Below, in pieces: positions 1 through 12,812 of a DNA stretch of 64,000 nt. The stretch is from Octopus sinensis (lineage: Eukaryota): the NCBI RefSeq assembly GCF_006345805.1, contig NC_043024.1, positions 19,468,001 through 19,532,000 on the forward strand, read 5' to 3'. Positions within the stretch are counted from its first letter, which is position 1. Each line of letters opens with the position of its first letter. The translations under genes were made by a program, and so were the position numbers. A model generated the notes under the pieces. The model was not told the DNA's origin, did not search any database, and was given only the letters and a program-made list of their open reading frames with translations.

Positions 1-160
1 TTCCGCAAGAAGTTACAAAACTGCTAAAATCGGCAGTAATTTTTAATTCTCCTGTGCAGATATGTCTGCATAAGACTATTAAATTATTGCACTGGGGTTC
101 CTCGAGCCAGTGGAATGTTTCCTTGGGGATCCGCTCCTGCAAAACGTTTGAAAAGCACTG
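1..160. mobile_element. Right end of hAT-like MITE
   Basis: Ends in GTTTGAAAAGCACTG, the reverse complement of a CAGTGCTTTTCAAAC hAT-type terminal inverted repeat. Confidence 0.5.
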
Positions 161-199
161 CGATAGACAGAGGTTAATCAAAGCTAATGCGTAATTTTA

Positions 200-273
200 T
201 AACTTTCTGCGACCCACTAAGATTCTGTTCGCGACCCATCTGTGGGTCGCGACTCATAGTTTGGGAACCACTG
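200..273. mobile_element. Right end of a second hAT-like MITE
   Basis: GGGTCGCGAC subterminal motif followed by AGTTTGGGAACCACTG (reverse complement of CAGTGGTTCCCAAACT). Confidence 0.55.
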
Positions 274-381
274 ATCTAGTTTATATTTTTTGATTTTTTA
301 AAAATACTTTTGTTTGTGGATGGAATATTGTTTTCTTCTCCTTTTATGCAAAGTGTCAAATTCAGCTTGAACACCTTGTCA

Positions 382-431
<50 letters not shown>

Positions 432-992
432 TATAAAAGCACCATATGACTGTAGTTTGCAGCTCTGGCTTTCCGCTCGGTTTACTATAACCGTACAATA
501 GACATATCATTATTCAGTGATGTGGTCTAGAAAAATTAGAAATACTGAAAATAATGAAACCATTGTCTTGCTCGCTGTTAACTTGAAGATTGCCTGTGAC
601 AACCACTGCATTGCATTCGTATTTATTTCACAAATTTAATTGTCTGGTTTAATTTCAACCTCTCACATTAGAATCGAATTTTCTCCATTGTTGTACGTCA
701 TTAATTGAATAAACTGCAGGAATGTAATTAGTTTGTTCTGTGAAAGAAGCATTTGACAATAATCATGAATGCCATGCGATAAATAATAGAGATGAGTCTC
801 GCAGGTTGTTTCACAATAGATCAGTTTAAACAAATAAAACCATGTGGTGAAGTGTTGCCTTCTCAACCACACCGTTCCAGGTTCAGTCCTACTGTGTGGC
901 ACCTTGGGCAATTTTACTATAGTCTTTTACTATAGTCTCAAGCCAACCAAAGCCTTGTGAGTGGATTTAGTAGATGGAAAATAAAAGTCATC

Positions 993-2046
993 CTAACGAG
1001 ACGTCTGCGTCGGCTGGGTCATGCCCTCCGTCGTCAACCAGGAGAATTCATCTATGAAGCAATTGCCCCAGCTCCCCTTCAGGGTTGGCGAAAGCGATGT
1101 GGTGGACAGCGAAAAAACCTGGCTGATGACAGTTAAGGCTGATCTGGAACCCAACCTATGTAGCAATTGCTCCAGCTCCCCTTCAGGGTTGGCAAAAGCG
1201 ATGTGGTGGACAATGAAATACCTGGCGGATGAGTCAACGCTCATCTGGAATCCAACCTACAAAGCAATTGCCCCAGCTCCCCTTCAGGGTTGGCGAAAGC
1301 GATGTGGTGGACAACGAAAAACCTGGCTGATGACAGTCAAGGCTGATCTGGAACCCAACCTACGAAGCAATTGCCCCAGCTCCCCTTCAGGGTTGGCGAA
1401 AGTGATGTGGTGGACAACGAAAAACCTGGCTGATGACAGTCAAGGCTGATCTGGAACCCAACCTACGAAGCAATTGCCCCAGCTCCCCTTCAGGGTTGGC
1501 GAAAGCGATGTGGTGGACAATGAAAAAACCTGGCTGATGACAGTCAAGGCTGATCTGGAGCCCAACCTACAAAGCAATTGCCCCAGCTCCCCTTCAGGGT
1601 TGGCGAAAGCGATGTGGTGGACAACGAAAAACCTGGCTGATGACAGTCAAGGCTGATCTGGAACCCAACCTACGAAGCAATTGCCCCAGCTCCCCTTCAG
1701 GGTTGGCGAAAGCGATGTGGTGGACAATGAAAAAACCTGGCTGATGACAGTCAAGGCTGATCTGGAACCCAACCTACAAAGCAATTGCCCCAGCTCCCCT
1801 TCAGGGTTGGCAAAAGCGATGTAGTGGACAACGAAAAAGCTGGCTGGTGACAGTCAAGGCTGATCTGGAACCCAACCTAGGCCCTCATGTCTACAGCGTT
1901 CGCCACTGGAATAGGGAGTGGTTGGAGATCACGCAGTCGTTAGCCTCAAATCGCCAGGTCTGGTCGGCGTTTGTGAGAGATGCAACATTGAGGATGAATG
2001 AAGCCAGCTCAACCCACCCCGGGTTAATGCTGTCTCAAGACAAGAA
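993..2046 (+). mobile_element. 5'-truncated RTE LINE 3' fragment with internal tandem amplification
   Basis: Translates as RRLRRLGHALRRQPGEFIYEAIAP...GWRKRCGGQRKTWLMTVKADLEPNLGPHVYS...RQVWSAFVRDA, an RTE C-terminus. It has a CAAGACAAG-type tail. Confidence 0.85.
1059..1880 (+). repeat. Tandem array of 8 units of 101-104 bp
   Basis: GCAATTG unit starts at 1059, 1163, 1264, 1367, 1470, 1574, 1677 and 1781. Confidence 0.95.
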
Positions 2047-2948
2047 GCCCATGATATGTGTGTGCATATACATATGTGGTGGTGGTGGTGGTGGGTCTTT
2101 CTGTATGTGTTTGTACCCCACCACCCCTTGACAACCAGTGCTGGTGTGTTTACATCCCTGTAACTTGGCAGTTTGACAGAAGAGACTGATAAAATAAGTA
2201 ACTATCAAGTACTGGGGCTCAATGAAATAAAGGGCCAATGAAGTACAGGGATCGATGTGATCGACTTGCCCCACCTCCCCTTAAAAGTGCTGGCTTTGAC
2301 CCTTGGAATTGATTGGAATCAGGGGTCATGTAATCTCGATCAGCTATATTCCATGGAAACTGGGCAACTGACCTTTTGAGCCCTTAACCTTGAGAAAAAA
2401 AGTATAGAATTGAATAACAGACAGAGAGATTGTGTAAAATGCTATATTGATCAGAGTGTAAGAGGAAATTACATAATAATGTTGATAAGCCATGGTGAAA
2501 ATTGAAGCATTTAAAGAATGCAGACATGACAAATGATAAAGCAATTTGAAAATTGTTAAAAAAAAATACAAAAACCAAAATAATAAGATTTATGAATAAT
2601 AATTGCCAGAATAATAATTTGGTTGGCGCTATATATAGGCCAAGTTAAATATTGAAACTAATTTGATATATATTAAAATTTGTTTGAAGCAATTAGGAAT
2701 AAATGTTATCTTATTAGCAGAAACTGTTGTAGGAAGACATATTGCATAGAATCAATTTCCTTTTGGTTGCTTATATACACATGTATGTATAAACACATAT
2801 TGATTTGTCACATCTAGTTTACTTGCGTCAGTGGCATTTATGGGCTGAATACATCTATGTCTGTCTGTCTGTCTCTGTTTTTCTCTATCTGTCTATAAAT
2901 ATACTATAAATACTATAAATATAATATAATAATATAATATATATAATA

Positions 2949-3315
2949 CTAGTACTATGACCCGGCGTTGTCGGGTCATAGTGCTAGTGCATGCATATAC
3001 AGCTGCGTGCGTGTGCACATACACGCGAGTACTGTCCAAATCTCCGACCAATCACATACAGCTAGCTGGCATTCAATTGGCGTATCAAGTTTCGGGCATT
3101 TTGATTGGGTTTTGGATAGAAAATTCACAAAAAAGTCACTTCTATTGATTTTTTAATGGCTTTGCAGGGTGACTGGGTAAAGATGTAAAGATATGCACGA
3201 CCACCCTTGGATGGTTTTCAATGACCATAGAAAGTGCGAGCTCTCTAACTAAAAAATTGTGGATTTGTATAAAGGACACACACACAGACATTTTGCTGTT
3301 TATATATATAGAAGA
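2949..3315 (-). mobile_element. Non-autonomous Helitron-type element
   Basis: On the minus strand it starts TC and ends CTAG between A and T. There is a subterminal 16-bp hairpin, CTAGTACTATGACCCG/CGGGTCATAGTGCTAG. Confidence 0.75.
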
Positions 3316-3415
3316 TATATATAATAATATATAATAGTAATATATAATAATATAATATAATATAATAATAATATAATAATAATATATATAATAATATAAT
3401 ATATATAAATATATA

Positions 3416-3838
3416 TAGGCGCAGGAGTGGCTGTGTGGTAAGTAGCTTGCTAACCAACCACATGCTTCCGGGTTCAGTCCCACTGCGTGGCACCTTGGGC
3501 AAGTGTCTTCTACTATAGCCTCGGGCTGACCAAAGCCTTGTGTGAGTGGATTTGGTAGACGGAAACTGAAAGAAGCCTGTCATATATATGTATATATATA
3601 TATGTGTATGTGTGTGTGTGTATATGTTTGTGTGTCTGTGTTTGTCCCTCTAGCATTGCTTGACAACCGGTGCTGGTGTGTTTACGTCCCCGTCACTTAG
3701 CGGTTCGGCAAAAGAGACCGATAGAATAAGTACTGGGCTTACAAAGAATAAGTCCCGGGGTCGATTTGCTCGACCAAAGGCGGTGCTCCAGCATGGCCAC
3801 AGTCAAATGACTGAAACAAGTAAAAGAGTAAAAGAGTA
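3416..3838 (+). mobile_element. SINE family A (tRNA-derived head, (TA)/(TG) spacer, AAAGAGT tail)
   Basis: Full consensus from AGGCGCAGGAGTGGCTGTGTGG to GACTGAAACAAGTAAAAGAG, with pol III box A/B-like motifs. Confidence 0.9.
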
Positions 3839-4033
3839 AATATAAATATAAATATACTATAAATACTGTATATATGAATATAAATAAATATATATAATAA
3901 ATATAAATAAATACTATAAAGATACTATAAATGTACTATAAATATATTATAAATATAGTGATTTTGTGTTGCTGAACAATTAATTGTTGGACCTGGTTGT
4001 GTCTGATGATTATCAATTTACCTCTCCACACAT

Positions 4034-4270
4034 ACCTATTTCTTTATTTCTCACAAGGGACTAAACATAGAGGGGACAAACAGGGACAGACAGACGGATT
4101 AAGTTGATTACATCGACCCCCAGTGTGTAACTGGTACTTAATTTATCGACCTGGAAAGGATGAAAGGCAAAGTCAACCTCGGCGGAATTTGAACTTAGAA
4201 CATAACGGCAGATGGAATACCGCTAAGCATTTCGCCTGGCATTCTAACAACTCTGCCAGCTCACCGTCAT
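4034..4270 (-). mobile_element. SINE family B monomer
   Basis: Contains the GTTCAAATTCCGCCGAGGTYGACTTTGCCTTTCATCC core. Confidence 0.85.
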
Positions 4271-4582
4271 AACCTTAACATGGTTCTCAAAGAGATTCAG
4301 CTTGACACCCCAAATGTGACAAAGCTGGATCCTTTCAATTACGCATACAACTCATCTTTTGCCAGCTGAGTGGACAGGAGCAATAAAGTGAAATTAAGTG
4401 TCTTGCTCAAGGACACAACATGTCACCAAGTATTGACACCTTAAACTTATGAATACCCCTAACCACTAAGTATGTGCTTTCTCTGTGATACTCTAATCTC
4501 ATATCCATCATACTGGACTCTGTAACCTCTCAATGCGAAAATACAACAGCTCAATTGACAGAGAATCTCTAATCTCTGAGTT

Positions 4583-4975
4583 GGAGTGGAAGCACTCCGT
4601 CGGTTACGACGACGAGGGTTCTGGTTGATCCGAATCAACAGAACAGCCTGCTCGTGAAATTAACGTGTAAGTGGCTGAGCACTCCACAGACACGTGCACC
4701 CTTAACGTAGTTCTCGGGGGATATTCAGCATGACACAGAGAGTGACAAGGCCGGCCTTTTGAAATACAGGTACAACAGAAACAGGAAGTAAGAGTGAGAG
4801 AAAGTTGTGGTGAAAGAGTACAGCAGAGATCACCACCATCCCCTGCCGGAGCCTCGTGGAGCTTTCTTAGGTGTTTTCGCTCAGTAAACACTCACAACGC
4901 CCGGTCTGGGAATCGAAACCGCGATCCTACGACCGCGAGTCCGCTGCCCTATCCACTGGGCAATTGTGCCTCCAC
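4583..4975 (-). mobile_element. SINE family C (tRNA-like head) with target-site duplication
   Basis: 12-bp direct repeat AATCTCTGAGTT at 4571-4582 and 4976-4987. Confidence 0.9.
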
Positions 4976-5462
4976 AATCTCTGAGTTACGCACCCTGTTG
5001 AATAATATTATTCTAAAATCCTTCACCGGCCCCCTATTTTGGCTCCATGTATTCACAATGATATTTCTTCAGTCGTTTCCCAATATTCCTGACCATAATG
5101 CATTCAGTCATGGGGAAAACTGAATCATTTCGTGAATGTAAGCATGGCAAATGCTACAATAATTTCAATATGTTATAAATTCTTAAACGAATTACGAAAG
5201 TTACAAATGATAATTGCCAGGAAAATAATTCTAACGACACTATATCTGTATGTGTATGTGTGTGTGTGTGTGTGTGTGTATCTTTCTGTCTCCGAGTATG
5301 TGTGTGTGTATATATATATGTATATATATATATATATGGCATGGAAGCCACCATCTCTAACTTTTAGAGTGTGCTTATTTTTCAGATATATGATCCACTA
5401 ACGAAATATATATATATATATATTTATACATACATATATATATATACACACACAGACATACA

Positions 5463-5525
<63 letters not shown>

Positions 5526-5709
5526 GTACATGTATACACACATACACACATATATATATATATCAAGGGTATGAGAAGTAATGGCGTCAGGAAGACCCAA
5601 CGGTCTCAAGTAATACTGAGTAAGTGTTATGGACAGACTATAGTTAAGCTCCAGGTTCGATAATGAAACAAATGAGGAGTCCAATTTAGGTTGTTAATTA
5701 GTATGTTAA

Positions 5710-5775
<66 letters not shown>

Positions 5776-5861
5776 ATATATATAAATATATATAAATATA
5801 TATAAATATATATAAATAAATATATATATAAATAAATCAAAAGCAACTCGATGAACGTTAA

Positions 5862-6203
5862 TGGAATTTGTAGTTTTGTGGTATCAGTGCCAGTGGCACA
5901 TACGAAAACCATCCGAACGTGGACGTAGCCAGTACTGCATTGACTGGCCTCCATGCCGGTGGCACGTAAAAAACACCATCCGAGCATGGCAGTCCGCTAG
6001 CCTCGTCTGGCACCTGTGTCGGTGGCACATAAAATCACCCACTACACTCTCGGAGTGGTTGGTGTTAGGAAGGGCATCCAGCTGTAGAAACACTGCCAGA
6101 TCTGACTGGCCTGGTGCAGCCTTCGGGCTTCCCAGACCCCAGTTGAACCATCCAACCCATGCTAGCATGGAAAGCAGACGTTAAACAATGATGATGATGA
6201 TGA
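5862..6203 (+). mobile_element. Family D element (RTE 3' UTR-like, (GAT)n tail)
   Basis: Three GTGGCAC-TAAAA subrepeats, then GGAAGGGCATCCAGC...GTTAAACAATGATGAT. Confidence 0.8.
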
Positions 6204-6299
6204 TATATATATATGTATATATGTGTACGTGTGTATGTATATATATATGTATGTATGTATGTATATATATACATATATATATGTACGTATGTATATGTA

Positions 6300-7572
6300 T
6301 TACTCAAAGTTTTTGACAAAATAGAGGGGGATATAGCATCACATGATGTGGAAGACAACTGGAGGTTTCTGTGGGACAACCTGTTGATGACTACTGGCCA
6401 GATCTGTGGATGGTGCAAAGTCTCCTCTTGACCTCGAGGTAACATGATTCTGGAGCAGTGTAGCTGACAGGGCCATGAGGGAAAAGAAACAGACATGGAA
6501 GGACTGGAAGAACGGTGGTAGCAGGGAATTGTATCAGATTGCCAGAAGGGAAGCTAGGAGACAGGTTTATTTAGCCAGAGGGGAAGCAGATAAGAAAAAA
6601 TTTGCCAATGTTCTGCACCATGAGGACCAAAGACTTGAGGAATTTTGTGTTGCAAGACAGTATGTGAGAGAGAATTGTGATGTCGTAGGGGAGAAGTGTC
6701 TTCGCATGGATGATGGTTCACTTGCACTAAATGAAGTTGCAAAGAGAGAGGTTTGGAGATGCCACAATGAAAGGTTGCAAAATGAAGAGAATGAATGGAA
6801 GAAAGAGAGCCTGCTGAATGCTGACCCAACAGAGGGACCAGCTATCAGGGTTGATAGTTCCCTGGTAGATAAAGCAATTAAGGGTATGAAAACAGGGAAA
6901 GCCCCTGCCCCATTAGGAATCACCACAGAGATGCTTAAAATATCTGTCAGTGTTGGCTATAGTCTAGTCATCCACATAGTCAACCAGGTGATACATGAAG
7001 GAGTCATACTCAATGACTGGTGTAGCAGCACAAAAGTCAACTGCTACAAAGGAGAAGGTGACGCCCTAGATACAAATAATTACAGAGGTATCAAGCTGTT
7101 GGATCAGGTAATGAAGGTTACGGAGAGGGTCATAGCCCAACTAATTAGGGAGAGACACAGTCTAGACAAGTTGCAGTTTGGGTTTGTGCCAGGGAGAAGC
7201 ATCGCTGATGCTATATTTCTGGTAAGATAGTTCAGGAGAAATACCTAGCCAAAGATAAACCTCTGTATCTGGCTTTCATTGACATGGAGAAAGCCTTTGA
7301 CAGGGCCCCCTGATCCCTTATCTGGTGGTTAATGTAGAAACTAGGGATGGATGAGTGGTTAGTAAGAGCTGTACAAGCCACGTACAGGGATTCTGCCAGT
7401 AAGGTGAGGGTTGACATTGAGTACAGTGAAGAATTCCAGGTAGGGGTCCACCAACGATTAGTCCTCAGCCCCCTCTTATTCATCATAGTCCTCCAGGCAA
7501 TAACAGAGGAATTCAAGACAGGATGCCCCTGGGAGCTTCTCTATGCCGATGATCTTGATCTAATAGCTGAGT
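6300..7572 (+). mobile_element. RTE LINE internal fragment (linker and RT N-terminal half), disrupted
   Basis: ORF 6475-7230 contains KTGKAPAP, NYRGIKLL and QFGFVPGRS. Out-of-frame continuation gives DMEKAFD, LSPLLFIIV and LLYADDL. There is a stop at 7228 plus frameshifts. Confidence 0.92.
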
Positions 7573-7610
7573 TATATATATATGCACGTATGTGTTTATG
7601 TATTTATATA

Positions 7611-8033
7611 CTCTTTTACTCTCTCTTTTACTCTTTTACTTGTTTCAGTCATTTGACTGCAGCCATGCTGGAGCACTGCCTTTAATCGAGCAACTCGACC
7701 CTGGGACTTCTTCTTTTGTAAGCCCAGTACTTATTCTATCGGTCTCTTTTGCCGAACCGCTAAGTAACGGGGACATAAACACACCAGCATCGGTTGTCAA
7801 GCAATGCTAGGAGGACAAACACAGATATACAAACACACACACGCATATATATACATATACATATATACGATGGGCTTCTTTCAGTTTCCATCTACCAAAT
7901 CCACTCACAAGGCATTGGTCGGCCTGAGGCTATGGTAGAAGACACTTGCCCAAGGTGCCACGCAGTGGGACTGAACCCAGAACCATATGGTTGGTAAACA
8001 AGCTACTTACCACACAGCCACTCCTGCACCTAT
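7611..8033 (-). mobile_element. SINE family A
   Basis: Reverse complement of the 3416-3838 consensus. Confidence 0.9.
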
Positions 8034-8649
8034 ATATATATCAATTTTGACTCAAGGTCACAAAGTCGATTGCATAGATAAACTAAGTACCACTTGGTAC
8101 TTATTTTATGGACCCCAAAAGGAGAAAAAGCAAAAACCAATCTCAGCAGAATTTGAACTCAGAACATGAAGATTAATGAAATGCCACAAAGCATTTTGCC
8201 CAGTGTGCTACCGATTCTGCCATCTCAATAATAAAATAATTTTCCCGATTGGCCAAAGTCCTATCATGAGAATGTGTTTGGAAGACAGAGAACATAATTA
8301 ATTAAAACAATTATAATTGACTTTGGTAAATGCATAGACACTATCACAAAATTGCCTCTGATTAGTTTAATGACCTAAACATTCTGCCATGGAAAACTAT
8401 TAGCTTTGATAAAATTGTCAAGGCTTCCACTGTCAATTAACGCTTGCACTGATTGATAGGTTAATTACAATGTTAATGAGTGCCCAAATCCAAACAATAT
8501 TCCAAAGGGACAGATTTGAAAAGATTAATGTGTTTAAAACTTGTTTTTACCTCGTTAATTGCGTTACACAGTTGAGAGAAATAAACCCTTTGGTTTTCCC
8601 TCCCTTAAAATATTTGGATATTCATTTCCTGTAGTCTTGACTATATTTT

Positions 8650-9037
8650 CCATGAAATTTTGTGGGGAAGGGACTAGTCGATTAAATCGACCCCCCCCCA
8701 TCCAGTGTTTCACTGGTACTTAATTTATTGACACTGAAATTATGAAAGGCAGAGTCAACTTCAGTGGAATTTGAACTCAGAACATAGCGGCAGATGAAAT
8801 TCTTATTTCTTTACTACCCACAAGGGGCTAAACACAGAGAGGGCAAACAAGGACAAACAAACGGATTAAGTCGATTATATTGATCCCAGTGCGTAACTGG
8901 TACTTATTTAATCGACCTAAAAAGGATGAAAGGCAAAGTCAACTTCGGCGGAATTTGAACTCAGAACATACCGGCAGATGAAATACTGCTAAGCATTTCA
9001 CCCAGTGTGCTAATGATTCTGCCAGCTCACCACCTTA
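8650..9037 (-). mobile_element. SINE family B dimer
   Basis: Two cores with a junction near 8800. Confidence 0.8.
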
Positions 9038-9284
9038 CATAACAACAACAACAACAACAACAATAATAATAATAATAATAATAATTATTATTATTATTAT
9101 TATTATTATAATTGCAGCGTGGGAGGTGTTTATAAGCCATTTAAGAAACACAAAAAAACTGTTAGATTCACTTCAACATTTAAATTTAATTTGCCAAAAT
9201 ATTTTCGTCGCTTTGAGACCGTGACATGTTCATTGACAAAATTCCGTGCTGCATTCGAGAAAGTAACAGTTAGTTCATGATATA

Positions 9285-10097
9285 TATGTACGTATGTATG
9301 TGTGTATGTATATATGTGTGTATGTGTGTATGTATGTATGTATGTATATGTGTATGTATGTGTGTGTACATGTATGTATGTATATATCTTTGTATTTATG
9401 TACGTATGTATGTATTTATGTACGTATGTATGTATGTTTGTATGTATGTATATATGTATGTATGTGTGTATGTTTGTATGTATGCATGTATGTATGTATG
9501 TGTGTATGTATATATATGTGTGTATGTGTGTATGTATGTGTGTATGTGTGTATGTATGTATGTATGTATGTATGTATGTATGTGTGTGTGTATGTATGTA
9601 TGTATATATCTTTGTATTTATGTACGTATGTATGTATGTTTGTATGTATGTATATATGTATGTATGTGTGTATGTTTGTATGTATATATATATATATATG
9701 TATGTATATGTGTATGTATGTATGTATGTATGAATGTATGTGTGTATGTATGTATATATGTATGTATGTATGTATGTATGTACGTACGTATGTGTGTATG
9801 TATATATGTATGTATGTATGTATGTGTGTGTGTATGTATGTATGTATATATCTTTGTATTTATGTACGTATGTATGTATGTTTGTATGTATGTATATATG
9901 TATGTATGTGTGTATGTTTGTATGTATATATATATATATATATGTATGTATATGTGTATGTATGTGTGTGTACATGTATGTGCGTACATGTGTGCGTGCC
10001 TATATGCATGTATATATATATTATATATATATATATTTATACACGCACACACAAACACACACACATACACGCACACACACGCACACACACACACACA
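9285..10097. repeat. (TATG)n/(TG)n/(CA)n compound microsatellite with higher-order repeats
   Basis: The marker ATCTTTGTATTTATGTACG recurs at about 9386, 9608 and 9850. Confidence 0.95.
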
Positions 10098-10428
10098 TGA
10101 ATAGCTTCATAGTAAAGAGGTTCACTTTGCAAACATGTGGTTTAATGTTCAATCCCACATTGCTGCAAATAGAGGACAAGTTTCATGCATTATAGCCCTA
10201 GGTCAGATAAGAATAGACAATGATGTTATTGAAATCTTAAAGCTGCAAAATAATGCATGTTTTATTCAGAACAATGTGTATAAATAAGCATTATGTTTGG
10301 TGATCTGAAAACTAAAAAGGTTAAACCAGCCATAACAGGTTCCAAGTAGTCTACCTGTTTAATGACGAGACTAGCCAGATCCAGCCTCTCACACCTAGCT
10401 TACAATGCCATTTTAAAAATAAACAATC

Positions 10429-11283
10429 ATAGGCGTAGGAGTGGCTGTGTGGTAAGTAGCTTGCTTACCAGCCACATGGTTCCGGGTTCAGTCCCACTGC
10501 GTGGCACCTTGGGCAAGTGTCTTCTACTGTAGCCTCGGGCTAACCAAAGCCTTGTGAGTGGATTTGGTAGACGGAAACTGAAAGAAGCCTGTCGTATATA
10601 TGTATGTGCAATATATGTAATAGGCGTAGGAGTGGCTATGTGGTAAGTAGCTTGCTTACCAGCCACATGGTTCCGGGTTCAGTCCCACTGCATGGCACCT
10701 TGGGCAAGTGTCTTCTATTATAGCCTCGGGCCGACCAAATCTTTGTGAGTGGATTTGGTTGACGGAAACTGAAAGAAGCCCGTCGTATATATGTATATAT
10801 ATATATATATATATTTCTTTATTGCCGACAAGGGGCTAAACATAGAGGGGACAAAGAAGGACAGACAAAGGTATTAAGTCGATTAGATCGATCCCAGTGC
10901 GTAACTGGTACTTAATTTATCGACCCCAAAAGGATGAAAAGCAAAGTCGACATCGGTGGAATTTGAACTCACAACGTAACGGCAGAAGAAATACAGCTAC
11001 GCATTTCGCCCGGCGTGCTAACGCTTCTGCCAGCTCACCGCCTTATGTATGTATGTGTATGTGTGTGTGTTTGTGTGTCTGTGTTTGTCCCCCCAACATT
11101 GCTTGACAACCGATGCTAGTGTGTTTACATCCCCGTCACTTAGCAGTTTGGCAAAAGAGACAGATAGAATAATAAGTACTAGGCTTCCAAAGAATAAGTC
11201 CTGGGGTCGATTTGCTCGACTAAAGGCGGTGCTCCAGCATGGCCACAGTCAAATGACTGAAACAAGTAGAAGAGTAAAAGAGT
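10429..11283 (+). mobile_element. SINE family A with duplicated head and nested SINE B
   Basis: Heads at 10429 and 10620. A family B copy lies at 10814-11044 on the minus strand, and the A tail resumes at about 11046. Confidence 0.85.
10814..11044 (-). mobile_element. SINE family B nested in the (TA) spacer of SINE A
   Basis: Full B consensus flanked by the two halves of an A copy. Confidence 0.85.
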
Positions 11284-11367
11284 ATATCATTGAAATCATG
11301 AAGCTATGAGATAATGTACGATTAATTCAAAGCCATGTAAATAAATAAGAAATAAGGGTAAGGGGGG

Positions 11368-11940
11368 GAAGGAAGCACTCCGTCGGTTACGACGACGAGG
11401 GTTCCGGTTGATCCGAATCAACGGAACAGCCTGCTCATGAAATTAATGTATAAGAGGCTGAGCACTCCACAGACACGTGCACCCTTAACGTAGTTCTCGG
11501 GGATATTCAGCGTGACACAGAGAGTGACAAGGCCGGCCCCTTGAAATACAGGTGCAACAGAAACAGGAAGTAAGAGTGAGAGAAAGTTGTGGTGAAAGAG
11601 TACAGCAGGGATCACCACCATCCCCTGCCAGAGCCTCGTGGAGCTTTTAGGTGTTTTCGCTCAATAAACACTCACAATGCCCGGTCTGGGAATCGAAACC
11701 GCGATCCTACGACTGCGAGTCCGCTGCCCTAACCACTAGGCCATTGCACCTCCACAGAAGAAAGAGAGAAAGAGTGGTGAAAGAGTACAGCAGGGATCAC
11801 CACCATCCCCTGCCGGAGCCTCGTGGAGCTTTTAGGTGTTTTCGCTCAATAAACACTCACAACACCCGGTCCAGGAATCGAAACCGCGATCCTACGACTG
11901 CGAGTCCGCTTCCCTAACCACTGGGCCATTGCACCTCCAC
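11368..11940 (-). mobile_element. SINE family C plus partial tandem duplicate of its head
   Basis: Near-identical to 4583-4975. The head half is repeated at about 11760-11940. Confidence 0.88.
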
Positions 11941-12294
11941 ATAAATAAGAATCACATTTGACACAAGAATCGCAACATTAAAGCAAAAACAAAAAGCGGT
12001 TTTTCTCTTTAGCGCTTTGTGCAATCTCTGGAAATAACGAAGTCTGATGAAATAACTGTTTAGAAAAAGATGCCAAAAAATACGTTTTACATCAGCAAAT
12101 CTTAGGTTGAAAAGAAGTTTATTAATTAATTTATTTATTTATCAGTTGTTTGTTTTTGTTTTTGTTTTTTTTTTGGGTGGGGGTTGTAAATTATGTTTCA
12201 AAATTTTGTGACTGATTCGTTTGTGAAAGTAAGTTTAATCTCTGTTGTGAGGTTAAGTGGAGTCTGTTTGAATGAAACCCACTAAATGAAGTAA

Positions 12295-12386
12295 GTGTGT
12301 GTGTGGTGGGGAGAGGAAGAGAGGTGGTGGTGCATGAGGGAGAGAGAGAGAGAGAGGGGAAAGTGAGAGAGATGATGTGTGTGATG

Positions 12387-12418
<32 letters not shown>

Positions 12419-12774
12419 AAAAAGAGAAAGAGGGAAAGAGAGGGAGAGAAAGAGGGAAAGAGAAAGAGGGAAAGAGAGAGAGAGAAAGAGAAAAAGGGAA
12501 AGAGAAAGAGCGAAAGAGAGAGAGAGAGAGAGAAACGATGTGTGTGATGGAGAAAGAAAGAGAGAAAGAAAGAAATAGAAAGAGGGAAAGAGAGAGAGAG
12601 AAATAGAAAGAGGGAAAGAGAAAGAGGGAAAGAGAGAGAGGGAAAGATAGAGAGAGAGAGAAAGAGAAAGAGGGAAAGAGAGAGAGAGACGATGTGTGTG
12701 ATGGGAAAAGAAAGAGAGAGATGATGTGTGAGGTGGAGAAAGAGAGAGAGTGAGTGAGAGATGGTATGATTGCT

Positions 12775-12810
<36 letters not shown>
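12295..12810. repeat. GA-rich compound microsatellite
   Basis: (GA)n/GGGAAAGA with recurring GATGTGTGTGATGG. Confidence 0.95.

Positions 12811-12812
<2 letters not shown>

Larger units (their letters stand above)
840..2215 (+). mobile_element. SINE family A copy split by an RTE insertion (head about 840-990, tail about 2043-2215)
   Basis: The family A consensus GGAAACTGAAAGAAGCC is broken at about 990 and resumes as AAGAAGCCC at 2043. Confidence 0.7.

Noticed and set aside
1059-1880. Tandem array as a CRISPR array or hammerhead retrozyme (CTGATGA in most units)
   Set aside because: There are no unique spacers. The CTGATGA is the Leu-Met-Thr codon string of the RTE frame and is not followed by a helix II closing onto GAAA.
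9130-10195. Long overlapping ORFs of 143-281 aa (MYVC/HTYI repeats)
   Set aside because: They are translations of (TATG)n/(TG)n microsatellite that lack stops by composition.
12044-12070. CTGATGA...GAAA as a hammerhead
   Set aside because: Helix II cannot form and there is no NUH triplet or helix I. The same applies to the TCATCAG hits near 24272 and 33995.
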